From: Hormiphora californensis
Taxonomy: Eukaryota > Animalia > Ctenophora
Assembly: GCA_020137815.1 (NCBI GenBank)
Contig: CM035360.1
Span: 4,464,001-4,528,000, forward strand
Length of the DNA: 64,000 bases
Direction: 5' to 3'
Shown: positions 13,401 through 25,124 of the stretch, piece by piece
Position numbering within the stretch: the first letter of the stretch is position 1
Layout of the letters: the number at the start of each line of letters is the position of its first letter
Made by a program: the position numbers and the translations under genes
The notes under the pieces: model-generated
Databases searched by the model: none
Told to the model about the DNA's origin: nothing
Seen by the model: only the letters and a program-made list of their open reading frames with translations

Positions 13401-16400
13401 TACTGTCACACCGGTAGAAGAAGCCATGCCAATGGTCCAGGAAATTGACAGGTATGTTAAAACATGTTTACCTTGAACATATTTTAAAAAGAGTCTTTTT
13501 CAAGCGGTATCACTCTCTCTCTCTCAGACATGGTAGTGTAAGAAGGGTTATAACACAGTCCCTCTCTCTCTCTTGTTTCAGGCATGGTAGTGTAAGAAGG
13601 GTTATAACCAACCTCACTGAGTATGATGTATTTGAGGGGCTCCCTGACACTGATGGCAATGGTAGTACCAGTGAAGATCACGCCCTGGGGTTCACCCTTC
13701 AAAAGGAAGGTAAAACACCGAGAGGTGACCCCGAAATAACCCTGAATTGACCCCGACAGTCCTATGTCATGCTACCAAAACCTGATGTATTTATTTGATG
13801 AAGTTATTGAAAATGGAAGGTTCAATAAACCAGATATATCAAGAATAAATGTTGTACTTATTGGAAAAGGGACGGTTGGGCGGTTCAATAAACCAAAGTG
13901 GATTGTTATACTGGTGCATATCTGACTGTTTATTATTTGTCTGGTTTTTACCTTTATTACACTGTTACAGGAGAGGAAATACAGTTCAAAGCGAGGACTA
14001 GAATTGAGAAGAAGTTCTGGGTTGCCAATTTATTCCTTCTTACAAAACAGACTTTGGAACCATGTGAGTGCAGATTCCCGACCAATCCAGCTGCTCCTCA
14101 TCCACTAATCTACATAATAATTATCTGCTAATTACAATAATTAATAATTATCTCTTCTTTCAGCTACCCCTAATGAGTTCATAGGAAGGAGGAATTATAG
14201 GACTCGATTCCCTGATATTGGATCTCCCCAGTATCTCTCCGATCCTGCCAAAAGGAACATTCTTAGACAGGTATCGCCACCCATTCCACCAGGAACCGAC
14301 CGAATTAAGTAAACCTAGCCAATCATAACTCGTTATTTAGGTCACGTGACTGGTTATCAGCCAATCAGGGACCAGTATTTCCTTATTCGGTCGGTTCCTG
14401 CATTCCACCCTCTTCATCACCGTCCATCTCACCATTACTCCCCCACCGCCCCACCCATTATCACCGTGCTGACTCTAGATTGCAGACATACACTTGACAA
14501 AGTTGACGTACATAGTAACCTTGTATAATTATAGACCACAGCACTTTTCAAATCCTCTCATCTTATCTTGATACTTTGCGATATTTGACAACTGAACATC
14601 CCCCACACAGACAGCAGTGATAAAAGCGGAGGAAGGGAAACACTCATCGTATATGGAGGACATTACCACTCGACTAGTTGAACATAGTATGGTGTGTGCG
14701 TTTTGGGGTTAGAGCGGTTTAGGGCCCTATAATAGAGGTGATTCAGTTTGGTTTAGGGGTAATTAGGTTTGGTTTGGTATGGGGTTGGAGTGATTTGGAG
14801 TGGTTTAGGGGTGGTTTTGTTTCGTTTCGTCGCTGTTCACTCTTGTTTCCATAACAACGCATTTCTTCAGAAAGTATCACGACCTCTGTTTAACGGGGTC
14901 CTTCACGGAGCATACGAGGCACTACTTCAGGAATACAGACACAGATACGGTAGGTGCACATTACGACAATTTACATTTTTTGTTTTAAAAGCTGGGACTT
15001 TTTTCTCGGTTTCTTCTCCGCATCCATAGTTTTGCAAGGAGTTTACCTTTGTTTCCGTAAAGCTGTGACTTTGGGTCACCCAAGAATTATAGGTAAGACC
15101 GAATCCGCATCTTAACTTTGTCAGCTTTTTACCACGGCTCCTATTATAATTCAGGTTTATCGGAGGGGTTGTTCTTTACAATCTACCTGGAGATTCTGGT
15201 GAAGTTAGCAGAGGAGGGCTACTTTCTAGATAGTTTCCATGTTAACACCATTAGAGACAAGTACGTGATGTGTTTCCATGTTATCACCATTAGAGAAAAG
15301 TACGTGATGTGTTTCCATGTTAACACCATCAGAGACAAGTACGTGATGTGTTTCCATGGTAACACCATTAGAGACAAGTACGTGATGTGTTTCCATGTTA
15401 ACACCATTAGAGACAAGTACGTGATGTGTTTCCATGTTAACACCATTAGAGACAAGTACGTGATGTGTTTCCATGTTAACACAATTAGAGACAAGTACGT
15501 GATGTGTTTCCATGGTAACACCATTAGAGACAAGTACGTGATGTGTTTCCATGGTAACACCATTAGAGACAAGTACGTGATGTGTTTCCATGTTAACACA
15601 ATTAGAGACAAGTACGTGATGTGTTTCCATGTTAACACCATTAGAGACAAGTACGTGATGTGTTTCCATGTTAACACCATCAGAGACAAGTACGTGATGT
15701 GTTTCCATGTTAACACCATCAGAGACAAGTACGTGATGTGTTTCCATGTTAACACCATCAGAGACAAGTACGTGATGTGTTTCCATGTTAACACAATTAG
15801 AGACAAGTACGTGATGTGTTTCCATGGTAACACCATCAGAGACAAGTACGTGATGTGTTTCCATGTTAATACCATTAGAGACAAGTACGTGATGTGTTTC
15901 CATGTTAACACCATTAGAGACAAGTACGTGATGTGTTTCCATGTTAACACCATTAGAGACAAGTACGTGATGTCGTGATAGTTTCCAGGGGTTCCAGACC
16001 CGGAGGGGGGGAGTACGTGATGTGATCTCAATCATTAGGTCATCTTATTCTGGTTCCATAGTAGAATTGTTTTTACCCCTTACTCAGTCAGATAATTCGA
16101 CATTGATTGATTAATGATAACCTAATTACCGATACTACTTAACAATATCTCCAATTTATAGGTTATCCAGGGCAGTGTTAGAGGCGAGTGAGGTCAAAAG
16201 AAAAGAGGTTGCCCTTAGCCGCCTATTCGACGTCATTCAATACAAATTACGGGTTAGTAGGGCAAACTATGTCGTGCGACACTACTCTCTCTACACTACA
16301 AACACACATACACTCTCTCTCTCCCCCTCTCTGCTAGTTAAAGTAACGATCTCGCTGCATCTTGTCAGGTAATATTTGAGTGGACTCCCTACAATATGGA

Positions 16401-17428
16401 TCCAACCCTTAGCAACCGGAGGGAGGGATCTACATCCCAGTTGTGGGGATACAGCTTACTGCTGAAGAGCGTCGCTGAGGTAAGAAGTGAGGGCATTTTC
16501 TTGATTTGTTAGAAAATGTTTGTTTGTAGCTGTGTCTGGCGGATTACCCCCTTGATGGGATACGCCCCCACTCCATCGACACGGCAAGTGATAACGGCAC
16601 ATGCCTGCCATTCCCCCCATAGCAAAACGGAAAAAAAGAGAGTTCTAACAACATTCCCAGGACCTACATAGGGAAGAAGAGGTTATGGATCTGGGCGGTA
16701 TACTGATTAGCTGTCTTGAGATTAGCCTTGGACACGAGTATACCCGGCACATTGCCCCTAAACATCTTGTGGAACCCCTGGTTAGTATGGTGCTCCGTGC
16801 TGCAGAACTCAGATCGGGTCTGAGGTAGTTGTGGTGCGAGTGGAACAAGGTCTGATTCTTCCTTCGCCACTTCATTCCGTAACGAATATACATCACCCAT
16901 TATAGTAACCATGGTAACCAATATTTATCTCTCCTAGTATACGTTGGATAGGAGGTTTACAGAAGTTTCGGCCGAACTGGAAGGCCAGATGATGGATGCG
17001 TTGGAAGCCATATCGTATCGATTTGTACTCTTTCTGGAAACATTCCTAGTCTTCTTCGGGATTAGCCTTTTAGAGTAAGTTATACAGTAGCTGTCAGACC
17101 CTGTTTAGTTTAGAATAATTATACCCTTGCAAAGTCTTGATATTTTAATATTAATTTGGCTTTTAGCAATAGAATTATAGGTACCTGGCTGATAATTAAA
17201 TCATTGTTGTTCAGAAAGTTTGACGTGACGGTGATATCTCCCGAAACAATCTCCGTGCTATGCGAGAAGATATGTGAGCTGTTTCTGTTTGATCTGGAGA
17301 ATCTTCTAGAGTGTCTCGGATCTTCAGACAGGATTATGGATGTATTTAGGGTGCTGAACGGATTCTGTAGGGCTCATCCGGCCCTGTGCGCAGGAAGCTT
17401 CCACAGGGATGGACTTCATCAAGCTTTC

Positions 17429-17476
<48 letters not shown>

Positions 17477-17582
17477 GCAGGCCCTCCGGGCCCTCAGATC
17501 CAACAGGATCCGGGCTCGGGGGATTTAACCCTGCTCACGCATGGGACCTTACGGCCCCATGCGGGAGTGGTGCGTGTAGTGG

Positions 17583-17621
<39 letters not shown>

Positions 17622-17668
17622 CAGAGAGAGACAGAGACAGAGACAGAGACAGAGACAGAGACAGAGAC

Positions 17669-17699
<31 letters not shown>

Positions 17700-20600
17700 G
17701 ACAGAGAGGGGGTGAGAGAGACAGAGAGGGGATGAGAGACAGAGACAGAGACAGAGACAGAGACAGAGACAGAGACAGAGACAGAGACAGAGACAGAGAC
17801 AGAGACAGAGACAGAGACAGAGACAGAGACAGAGACAGAGACAGAGACAGAGACAGAGACAGAGACAGAGACAGAGACAGAGACAGAGACAGAGACAGAG
17901 ACAGAGATGAGAGACAGAGACAGAGACAGAGACAGAGACAGAGACAGAGACAGAGACAGAGACAGAGACAGAGACAGAGACAGAGACAGAGACAGAGACA
18001 GAGACAGAGACAGATATAACATCCCCTATTCCATTCGATTTCAACTAAATGATTGTCCCAAGTTCTCTCTTTATTCCCAATTTGTTTTCTCACAGGTCCA
18101 TGCTGCCTACCTGGTGGAGAGGGAGTCCAGCAGGATAATGCAGGGTGCAGATATTGGGTTTGCTGCAGAGTCTTGGGAATCCAGTTCAAGGTATGAGAAA
18201 AGATAATAGTAGCCAACTATAACAAGCTATAGCAGATCTGCTGAGACATTATTACTCTCTCTCTCTCTTATCTGCCCTTTTCTAGATTGATTATAGACTA
18301 TAGTAATTAGCGGCGCAAATCGGGGCAAATCAAGGTCCGACTGTAGTAATTAACGGCACAAGATCTATTCCATCAATGTACATTTCAGCTGCGAGACGGC
18401 GAGAGTTCTCAATCTTGAGCTGGAAAATCTCGGGTACATGGTGGAACAGTGGAACTGGCCGAACCAGGAATACAGGATCTTCCTGTCTGATATGGTAACC
18501 CAGAAATGCTCTGAGATCCTAGTTAGGTTTAGCAATCACCTGATACAGATCATCTCTAACCAACTGTCAAGTAGCAGGTATGTTTGACAGCCTGACCCTA
18601 TTGTCATCTTGAGAACCGCGGTCAGAGCATTGGTCTGACAGAGGTATAGGTAGTGCTTTGTTCAAACTCTTTGACAGTCTAACTTGGCAAGTAGTGACAC
18701 TATAACAACATTCGATTTGTCTGGCGGGACCAAACCCCGTTTTTACTGTTCTCAAATCGACAGCATTTGCATGTGTAGAATCTTGATGATTCAACTCCGA
18801 TTCTGATATGATGAACTCTATACCGCCTGGGCCAAAAAAAACGTGGGGTACGCCGAGCCTCATATCTCCCAAATCGTAACTTCTATCACTCTGATATTTT
18901 GACACAATTTTTGTATACCTACTCATTCGAGGAATCCGGAGTTTCAATTCCTAAAACTTCAAAATTCATTAATGAACTCAATTTTTCAATTTTCGGGTTT
19001 TTCGAGATTTTCTCTTGTTTATATTCAATTTTATTCTTAAAAATGACCGCCATGCAATAGAACAACTAACAACAAATGGCAATCTGCATTTTTATTAAAA
19101 TTGAATCAAGTTTAGTGGGTGAAATAAACAATATAAAACTGTTCATTTTTACCGAAAATCGATTTTGACCCGTTTTGACGAGAAATCGGTAATTTCAGGC
19201 GCTAAAAATTGGTAAGGCCATTGCACTTGATCAATGTTGATATTAGCCAGAATTTTAGCTCTCTATCTCAAAGTTCATTTTTCCGACTGGAATGAATCCT
19301 GAATGAACTTGAAAACAGGAATGCTTTTTCAACCCGGAATTTCACAGTTGTCTTTGGGTATCGATTTCCTTTCAAACGCGACTAATTTTAGCTCAATTGG
19401 CCCACCACAAGAGACACAGTGGCTAGTTTTCTAACCCTAGGTCTGGTCATGTGACCCCCATTGAGACGCTAGTGTCATTACGAAATGCCAATAAGCAGGT
19501 GTAACGGTCGAGTATCACGTATCACATCTGCTAATGAGGACGGTGTACCGATACAGCGTCCGTTAGAATGTAAGTTCTCTTGCTAAAACGTCATAATTTG
19601 ATGGGGATCACATGACCCAACCTAGGCTTGGTAAACTGGTCACTGTGATTCTTGTGGTGATCCAATTAAGCTCAAACTGGTCGCGTTCGAAAGAAAATCG
19701 ATAGCCAAACAAATTTGTGAAACTTTGGTACCGAAATATGGTCCCATTTTGATGTTCATTCAATGTTCATTCGGGCGAAAAAAATGAACTTTTATCTAGA
19801 GGGCTGAAACTCCGGATTCCTCGAATGAGTACCCATACAAATATTGTGTCAAAATATCAGAGTGATGGAAGTTAAGATTTGGGAGATATGAGGCTCGGCG
19901 TACCCCACGTTTTTTTTGCCCAGGCGGTAGAATCCACTGTACTCACTCACACATAGTAGGGTCGGTTGTGGGAAGTTGGGTCTGGAATTTTAAATTTGAC
20001 TTGCTGATATGATTAGGGACTCTATAAAAAGTCCAAAGTACCATCCCACAGGTCTCTACCACCCCCGGTTCACTAATTAGCCGTAATTATGTGATTTATG
20101 ACGTTATCGCCAATTAGCACTAATAATACCAGTTCCTGGTCACTTAGAGCTTAGATTTTGATACCAGCTGATAGAGGATCACTAGATTAGTGGGCATTCA
20201 AAATTTTAGGTCGATCAGAGTTATGGTCGAGGAGTTATAACCGTTTTTCCGTTTGGCTGGCGGTTGGCTGGCACCACGTGGGATTACGGGTTTAGGTCGT
20301 CGTGGGAGGTCGTCATTGGTCGCGTTCGATCGGGCTCGATGAGGTGATCAAAACCTAGTGGGGCCAGACCTTGGCCCCACCCCGTTCTTGGGTTATTAGG
20401 CTTTTTCGGTTTTGGCGGGAAAATATTTGGCGGGAAACCGAAAAAGCCTAATAACCCAAGAACGGGGTGGGGCCAAGGTCTGGCCCCACTAGGTTTTGAT
20501 CACCTCATCGAGCCCGATCGAACGCGACCAATGACGACCTCCCACGACGACCTAAACCCGTAATCCCACGTGGTGCCAGCCAACCGCCAGCCAAACGGAA

Positions 20601-23600
20601 AAACGGTTATAACTCCTTGACCATAACTCCGATCGACCTAAAATTTTGAATGCCCACTAATCTAGTGATTCTCTATCAGCTGGTATCAAAATCTAAGCTC
20701 TAAGTGACCAGGAACTGGTATTATTAGTGCTAATTGGCGATAACGTCATAAATCACATAATTACGGCTAATTAGTGAACCGGGGGTGGTAGAGACCTGTG
20801 GGATGGTACTTTGGACTTTTTATAGAGTCCCTAATCATACCAGCAAGTCAAATTTAAAATTCCAGACCCAACTTCCCACAACCGACCCTACTAACACTCC
20901 TAACCTCCTATTTCTATTGCCCCAGGATGCAGTACTGCAACAAGGTGTCTCTGATAGGAGTGTTTAACAGTATTGTTACCCTGTGTCCTAGTGTCCCTCC
21001 TGAACCAGGATCTAAATCTCAGGAACACCTCCACGACGCAACCAAGGTTAGAGTTATAAAATTACAGCTGTGCATGTGTGATCGTTAAGCTAAATTGGTA
21101 CTTCGCGAAGTGAATATAGGTGAATATAGGTGACAGTGTCAGTGAAGTACACATGGGGCGAGTTCTATAACAATAGCCTTATCACTGCGCTGGCAAGCGC
21201 AAAGGTTGCCATTCCCCCTCCCCCCAAAAGCGCCGCCAGAAACGCAGTTATACGTTTTATGGGTGTTTTGCCTGTAAAACCGGATTTCGAAAGGTTGTAG
21301 CGTCGCTCCCTTCCATCCGATTGACTTGAAATTTGGAATGTATACCCGGCTTGGGGTCTTTTACTTAAGTTTAAAATTTCAAGTCTCTATCTCATCTGGG
21401 ACGGAAGTTACAGACTGGTCCCATTTGCTGAAGATTCAGTGTAACAGACCGCGCGCGCGCGCGCGCATAGGATAGACGCTTTTTATAAACCATATTCACG
21501 CCAAACGAAAAGAGATAGCAATTTCTCGTTTTCACAGCTGGTAGATCTACTGGATGTGTGTGTATTAGTTGAGGTGGGGTCCCTTTTCATCGCCAGGAAC
21601 GTCCTACAGAACGTCTTAAAGTCGTCATTTTTCAGACTCTGACCAAAATTCTTTGAGCTCAATTTACACCCTCAAGACGGGTTCTAATCGAAAAACGAAG
21701 ACTATATCATGGAAAGAGAATTGTCTGAACTTTCAGAAGCTATATCGCGAATTTTCAAAACTAGACGTATAAGGGTCTTAAAACGCGTCTAAAGTGTTAT
21801 GACTGTTTAAAAACAGATATGACGATATGGGTTTTTTCGCCATAGCGGACTCAAATCTCATCCAATCGATCTCAAACTTGGTCAATATGTTCATCTAGGA
21901 AATCCTGATGAGATTACGTAATTATAATGACGTCATAACGTCGTGACGTCGCGTTATGACGTCAAAATGACGTCAAAAATGAAAAATTTTCAACTTTCCG
22001 ATTCCATCCTCTCCGTACTTTTTCTACTACATCTAAATGGATAAAAAATCCCAAAAATGATGCAAATTATACCAAAACTAATTGAAATTAGTAGGCCGGA
22101 AAGGTTGCCCTATGATTTGAGCTACCTTTGGCACCAGTAAATTCCCTTTTGAAGCTAAACGAAGCATCTGTACCCTGTCTGTACCCCATGAAAGTTACGG
22201 TGGCAAAGGTAGCTCAAATCATAGGGCAACCTTTCCGGCCTACTAATTTCAATTAGTTTTGGTATAATAAGGCTATACAAATATCCTTTGTTGAGTAAGG
22301 AGTTACTCAACAACTTATATCCTAATAGTAATCCCCCATGTAGCTCCTGTGTAGCGGATTTATCAAGACACTAACCCGGACTTTATCTGACTGGTGTACT
22401 AACCCCATTCTAGGAGGAGCGTTCCCTCTCTTACATATCGGAGGAAAGCGATCCAAACTCCGCCGAGCTAAGGAGTTTACCAAACGAATCGGTACGTGTG
22501 TGGTTTCAACTGAGTCTCAAATAATCGGGGCCTTCTCGTGATGGCGAATCTAACTCGATGCCATCTTCCTGACCCCCTAACTATAGAGTATGATACAACT
22601 TGCTATGTTCTAACCCTCCCTTTACATTTGTGATTCGGGGGCGGGGCGCCCGAAACACAGTCTAGCCAGGCAAGATACAACACATCCTCCCCAGTCCCCT
22701 TATGAACTAGACTATGCGACAACATATCAATACAGTCGGACCCCGATTTAGTGGCCCCCGATTTAGTGGCACCCCGATTTAGTGGCACCCCGATTTAGTG
22801 GCAGGATTTTTTCCCCCGAGGATGCCACTAAATCGGGGTCCGACTGTACATCCTTGTTTCAGATGGCGAGATCAGGTTGCTAGGAGAGGATGTTGTGGAG
22901 GAGTTCAGGAGTTCTTTTGTCGAGGAATGTTACACTGTACTCCTTGAGATCATAGAGAATCACCTCAACAATAATAACAAGTATGCATTACTTGGCAACA
23001 GTGACATTTGGCATCCGCGCAACTGACATTGAGTTCACTCATGGTAGTGGTACCAACCAATTACAATACACACTAAGTTTTCATTGTTTTTGGTCTAGAG
23101 ATTTTCCAGCGACTTCCTATAACAATTATCCCTCTTTCATCAAGGTCCAACTGTTTCTTACCTTTCTGCAGGTTGTGTCCAGAGGGTACACTAGTGGTAC
23201 GTGAGATAGTTGAGACATTTGCAGCCTCCCAGAGTAAAGGAAGGGTCACACTAAATGGAGAGGAGGTCTGGAGACCAGCTGTATACCGAAGGGTCGATGC
23301 AATTCTTAGGAGACAGGAGTTGATCATTCTGGGTGAGTTTGTAACCGAGATGCATGCAGCTCCCTTGTCGATATAATACCCATACCAATAACAGTAGTCT
23401 GTACTTTGATTCTCGACAGTGTGCTCAGATCGGGCTGTCGCCGCCAGGCAGCGCCAATCCCTCCTATTCCATAGAATGGGTTGTCATTGTGGTTCGTATT
23501 CTAAGGGGGGTCGCGCGGCGCTAGTGCTGGGCGAGGAAATTATGTGGTTTTCTGAGGGTAGGGTATCAATGACTCATTGGGTTTGACATGCTAGCAACTA

Positions 23601-23692
23601 GCAAGCTAATAATACTTCCCTTTTCAGATACCCACGGGACCATACAAGATGAGATAAGAGGATTCTTGAATGACTCGTCCCCCGCCCCGTAA
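1406..23692 (+). CDS. CADPS: Divergent calcium-dependent secretion activator (CAPS/UNC-31-like; N-terminal domain, C2, PH, DUF1041/MHD), multi-exon
   Basis: Approximate GT-AG exons: 1406-1629, 2443-2577, 8557-8740, 8883-9034, 10413-10543, ~11165-11311, 11537-11675, 11810-11949, 12125-12237, ~13339-13451, 13582-13709, 13970-14062, 14164-14270, 14611-14691, 14871-14949, 15155-15260, 16162-16252, 16369-16479, 16661-~16780, 16939-17074, 17215-17431, 18096-18190, 18389-18526, 20926-21046, 22343-22491, 22863-22981, 23172-23332, 23628-23692 (TAA). Translations match remembered CAPS segments in the right order: YYELLQGLLKVDRRDHMYIYNRNRLQSNEAQIAMLREEI (cf. [39 protein letters not shown]), LLQEYRHRYG..YLEILVKLAEEG (cf. 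VLDEYCARNG..YLRDLLERAENG), FRVLNGFCRAHPALCAGSFH (cf. [20 protein letters not shown]), GFAAESWE (cf. GFERESWE), WNWPNQEY (cf. LHWPEEEF). The 5' exons and some internal exons are uncertain or missing; one apparent 1-nt frameshift near 17040. Confidence 0.85.
1784..2052 (+). repeat. 31-bp minisatellite (CTAGTTAAAATAACGATCTTCCCTGCTCTCC), ~9 copies
   Basis: Direct tandem copies at 31-bp spacing; related single copies near 10920-10990 and 16335. Confidence 0.9.
2552..2672 (+). repeat. 30-bp tandem repeat spanning a CADPS donor site, 4 copies
   Basis: TATGAAGATTCATAT(A/G)AACCACTCAAG|GTA repeated. Confidence 0.9.
2682..6198 (+). mobile_element. Non-autonomous Helentron/DINE-1-like (HINE) element carrying an internal satellite
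   Basis: 5' motif CTCTTGAGTTG at ~2691, internal tandem array, (ACAA)n microsatellite at ~6137-6158, then perfect hairpin CTCTTGAGTTGCTCTGTTA-T-TAACAGAGCAACTCAAGAG whose 3' arm is the inverted copy of the 5' motif. Confidence 0.65.
2703..5404 (+). repeat. Satellite array with 449-bp and 378-bp unit variants (order L,S,L,L,S,S,partial)
   Basis: Unit starts at 2703, 3152, 3530, 3979, 4428, 4806, 5184; short unit lacks the ~71-bp segment CTCAGGTCACGTCC...CTATATCCCCTA. Confidence 0.95.
6800..6882 (+). mobile_element. Degraded copy of the CAGGAACCGACCGA MITE
   Basis: Core CCAATCAGAA...GGTCACGTGACTGGTTATC.GCCAATCAGGGACCAGTATTTC shared with 12244 and 14290 copies. Confidence 0.75.
6888..7319 (-). 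CDS. Small four-transmembrane protein (143 aa), nested antisense in a CADPS intron
   Basis: Intronless ORF with four hydrophobic stretches, coding-like base composition, AG acceptor just upstream of the ATG; family not recognised. Confidence 0.75.
   Translation of the reverse strand: MEPKTGGIICNGTVLGVHALVSIIFLIIGGVSGILGYLFKSFWAMPALEVVLCIAMLVLFIQGTGSEGTKLALFIIALVAFGLQFLCDISFIVYLIQAVRGGLLNEGNVLALLIVSAIFNIVLTIALLLNVKFANDIRKNAAA
7974..8063 (+). repeat. 22-bp-class tandem repeat (AGTCTTACAGAATTCTGTCGGA), ~4 copies
   Basis: Direct repeats visible. Confidence 0.85.
9514..9587 (-). tRNA. tRNA-like sequence (Thr-TGT-like anticodon), probably pseudo-tRNA or SINE head
   Basis: GGCGAGG/CCTCGCC acceptor stem, A box (TAGCTCAATAGG), B box (GGTTCGAGCCC); anticodon loop CA-TGT-AA lacks U33 and the stem has a mismatch. 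Confidence 0.6.
10117..10425 (+). repeat. Poly-C / ACAG|GAACAC(T/A)ACAGACA tandem repeat of a CADPS acceptor site, ~10 copies
   Basis: Last copy continues into coding exon 10413-10543. Confidence 0.9.
12244..12352 (-). mobile_element. hAT-type MITE (~110 bp)
   Basis: TIR CAGGAACCGACCGA; near-perfect 8-bp TSD CTGTATGT/CAGTATGT. Confidence 0.85.
14290..14400 (+). mobile_element. hAT-type MITE (~110 bp)
   Basis: TIR CAGGAACCGACCGAAT; perfect 8-bp TSD CATTCCAC. Confidence 0.9.
15233..15975 (+). repeat. 39-bp minisatellite, 19 copies, spanning a CADPS exon end and donor
   Basis: GTTTCCATGTTAACACCATTAGAGACAA|GTACGTGATGT; reads FHVNTIRDKYVMC x19 in frame. Confidence 0.95.
17433..18014 (+). repeat. 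(GA)n and (GAGACA)n microsatellites
   Basis: Direct observation. Confidence 0.95.
18819..19930. mobile_element. Foldback/MITE element with long terminal inverted repeats
   Basis: TACCGCCTGGG.CAAAAAAACGTGGGGTACGCCGAGCCTCATATCTCCCAAATC... mirrored at ~19805-19930; degenerate internal IR. Confidence 0.85.
19954..20893. mobile_element. Near-perfect ~940-bp palindromic element
   Basis: TAGTAGGGTCGGTTGTGGGAAG...CTTCCCACAACCGACCCTACTA; arms ~455 bp nearly identical, short spacer near 20410-20435. Confidence 0.9.
21725..22265 (+). mobile_element. Dispersed repeat including a ~200-bp palindromic MITE; inverted second copy at 52964-53535
   Basis: TATACCAAAACTAATTGAAATTAGT...ACTAATTTCAATTAGTTTTGGTATA plus shared flank. 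Confidence 0.8.
22731..22848. mobile_element. Tc1/mariner-type MITE with TA flanks
   Basis: TA-CAGTCGGACCCCGATTTAGTGGC...GCCACTAAATCGGGGTCCGACTG-TA, with internal tandem copies of the subterminal motif. Confidence 0.85.
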
Positions 23693-23860
23693 TAAGATAG
23701 GAGGATTCTTGAATGACTTCCCCACCCCCTGATGTTGATTTTGAATACCAGTATTAGTATAGGGACATTTATATTTGTGAAGGACATTTTTTGAATTCCC
23801 CAGAATATTTTATTTATACTATACCGTTAGAGCATTGAAGTTGTCTGTGAAGTTACCCCT

Positions 23861-24038
<178 letters not shown>

Positions 24039-24870
24039 CCAGTGCTCGAAGGTCTTTAGAGGAGTTATTTTGTAACCAACATTGTCGTGACGCTATTCAC
24101 CGGACAGTCTAGTAGAAGATTTTAGAATGATCGATCCAGTTTTTCTATTTCAATGATTTGTTGATTTGTACAGTTTTCTATTCGAATATTTGAATTTTTG
24201 GTGTTCCTGCACCCCCATGAATCCAGACAATCGTTACTTTGTGAATTGGGCCGGGTAGATCTATCGGTTGTTGTGTTGCGAGGCTGATCTGAATTATGAG
24301 CCCACCGAATGATTCAGTGCGCTCAGATTTAAGATCGGCCTCGCCAGACAGCATTAAGTGCACTACAGTGCCTCTGTGAATCAAAACTCGGTCTGGTGCT
24401 GCAAAACAGGACGTCTGACATGGTATGGGCTCCGATATGAGCGCGCTGGTGGAAATTGAAAAAAAGCGTAACTGAAAGTTTCAGTAACTGAAAGTAACTG
24501 AAAGTTTCAGTGAAACCCAAGTTCAGGTCATGGCGATTTACCCCTGAGACCTGAACCCTGTCATCATGACCTGATCGCATCATGATGAAACTCAAGTCCA
24601 GGTCATAGCATTCATGACCTGAACTTGAGTTTCAGTTACGACTTTTTTCCAATTTCCACCAGTGCGCTCATATCGGAGCCCATGTCAGAGAGATTATCAA
24701 AGTCTTCCCCCTCACACAACCTAGCATGGCGGCGCCAGACCCAGTTTTGATTAACTGAATGCTGTCCTGGTGATGGCTTGGCAGCGCGACGTGCCCAAGC
24801 TGTGACTGTCAGAGCATTGGCCTGACCCATTCTCGCTTCTCTCAAATAAGCGCGAGAACTGTGGTCAGAG

Positions 24871-24947
24871 CTGTCTGGCGGCGCCAGACCCCAATTTGAT
24901 TCTCAAGCACGCGACAGTGTGCTCAGATGGGTCGCGGCGCCAGACAG
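24871..24947. mobile_element. Short MITE CTGTCTGGCGGCGC...GCGGCGCCAGACAG; second copy at 40264-40346
   Basis: TIRs and near-identical second copy; fragments elsewhere. Confidence 0.75.
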
Positions 24948-25124
24948 GGTCAGAGCATTGGCCTGACAGAGCTGTGATGGCATTACAGAGGATACTGTGA
25001 GAGATCACCAGGATTACAGTTGGTTAACTAAAACTCAAAGTAATTTTACATGTTTTAAAAAGGTGAATCTGTATACAAGATACTAATATGTGAAAAGATT
25101 CAGGTCATATTCCACGTTGCAGAA

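Noticed and set aside
15219-16035. 270-aa repeat ORFs on the minus strand
   Set aside because: By-product of a 39-bp stop-free minisatellite
17386-18216. RD/RQ/SL/CL dipeptide ORFs
   Set aside because: Microsatellite translations
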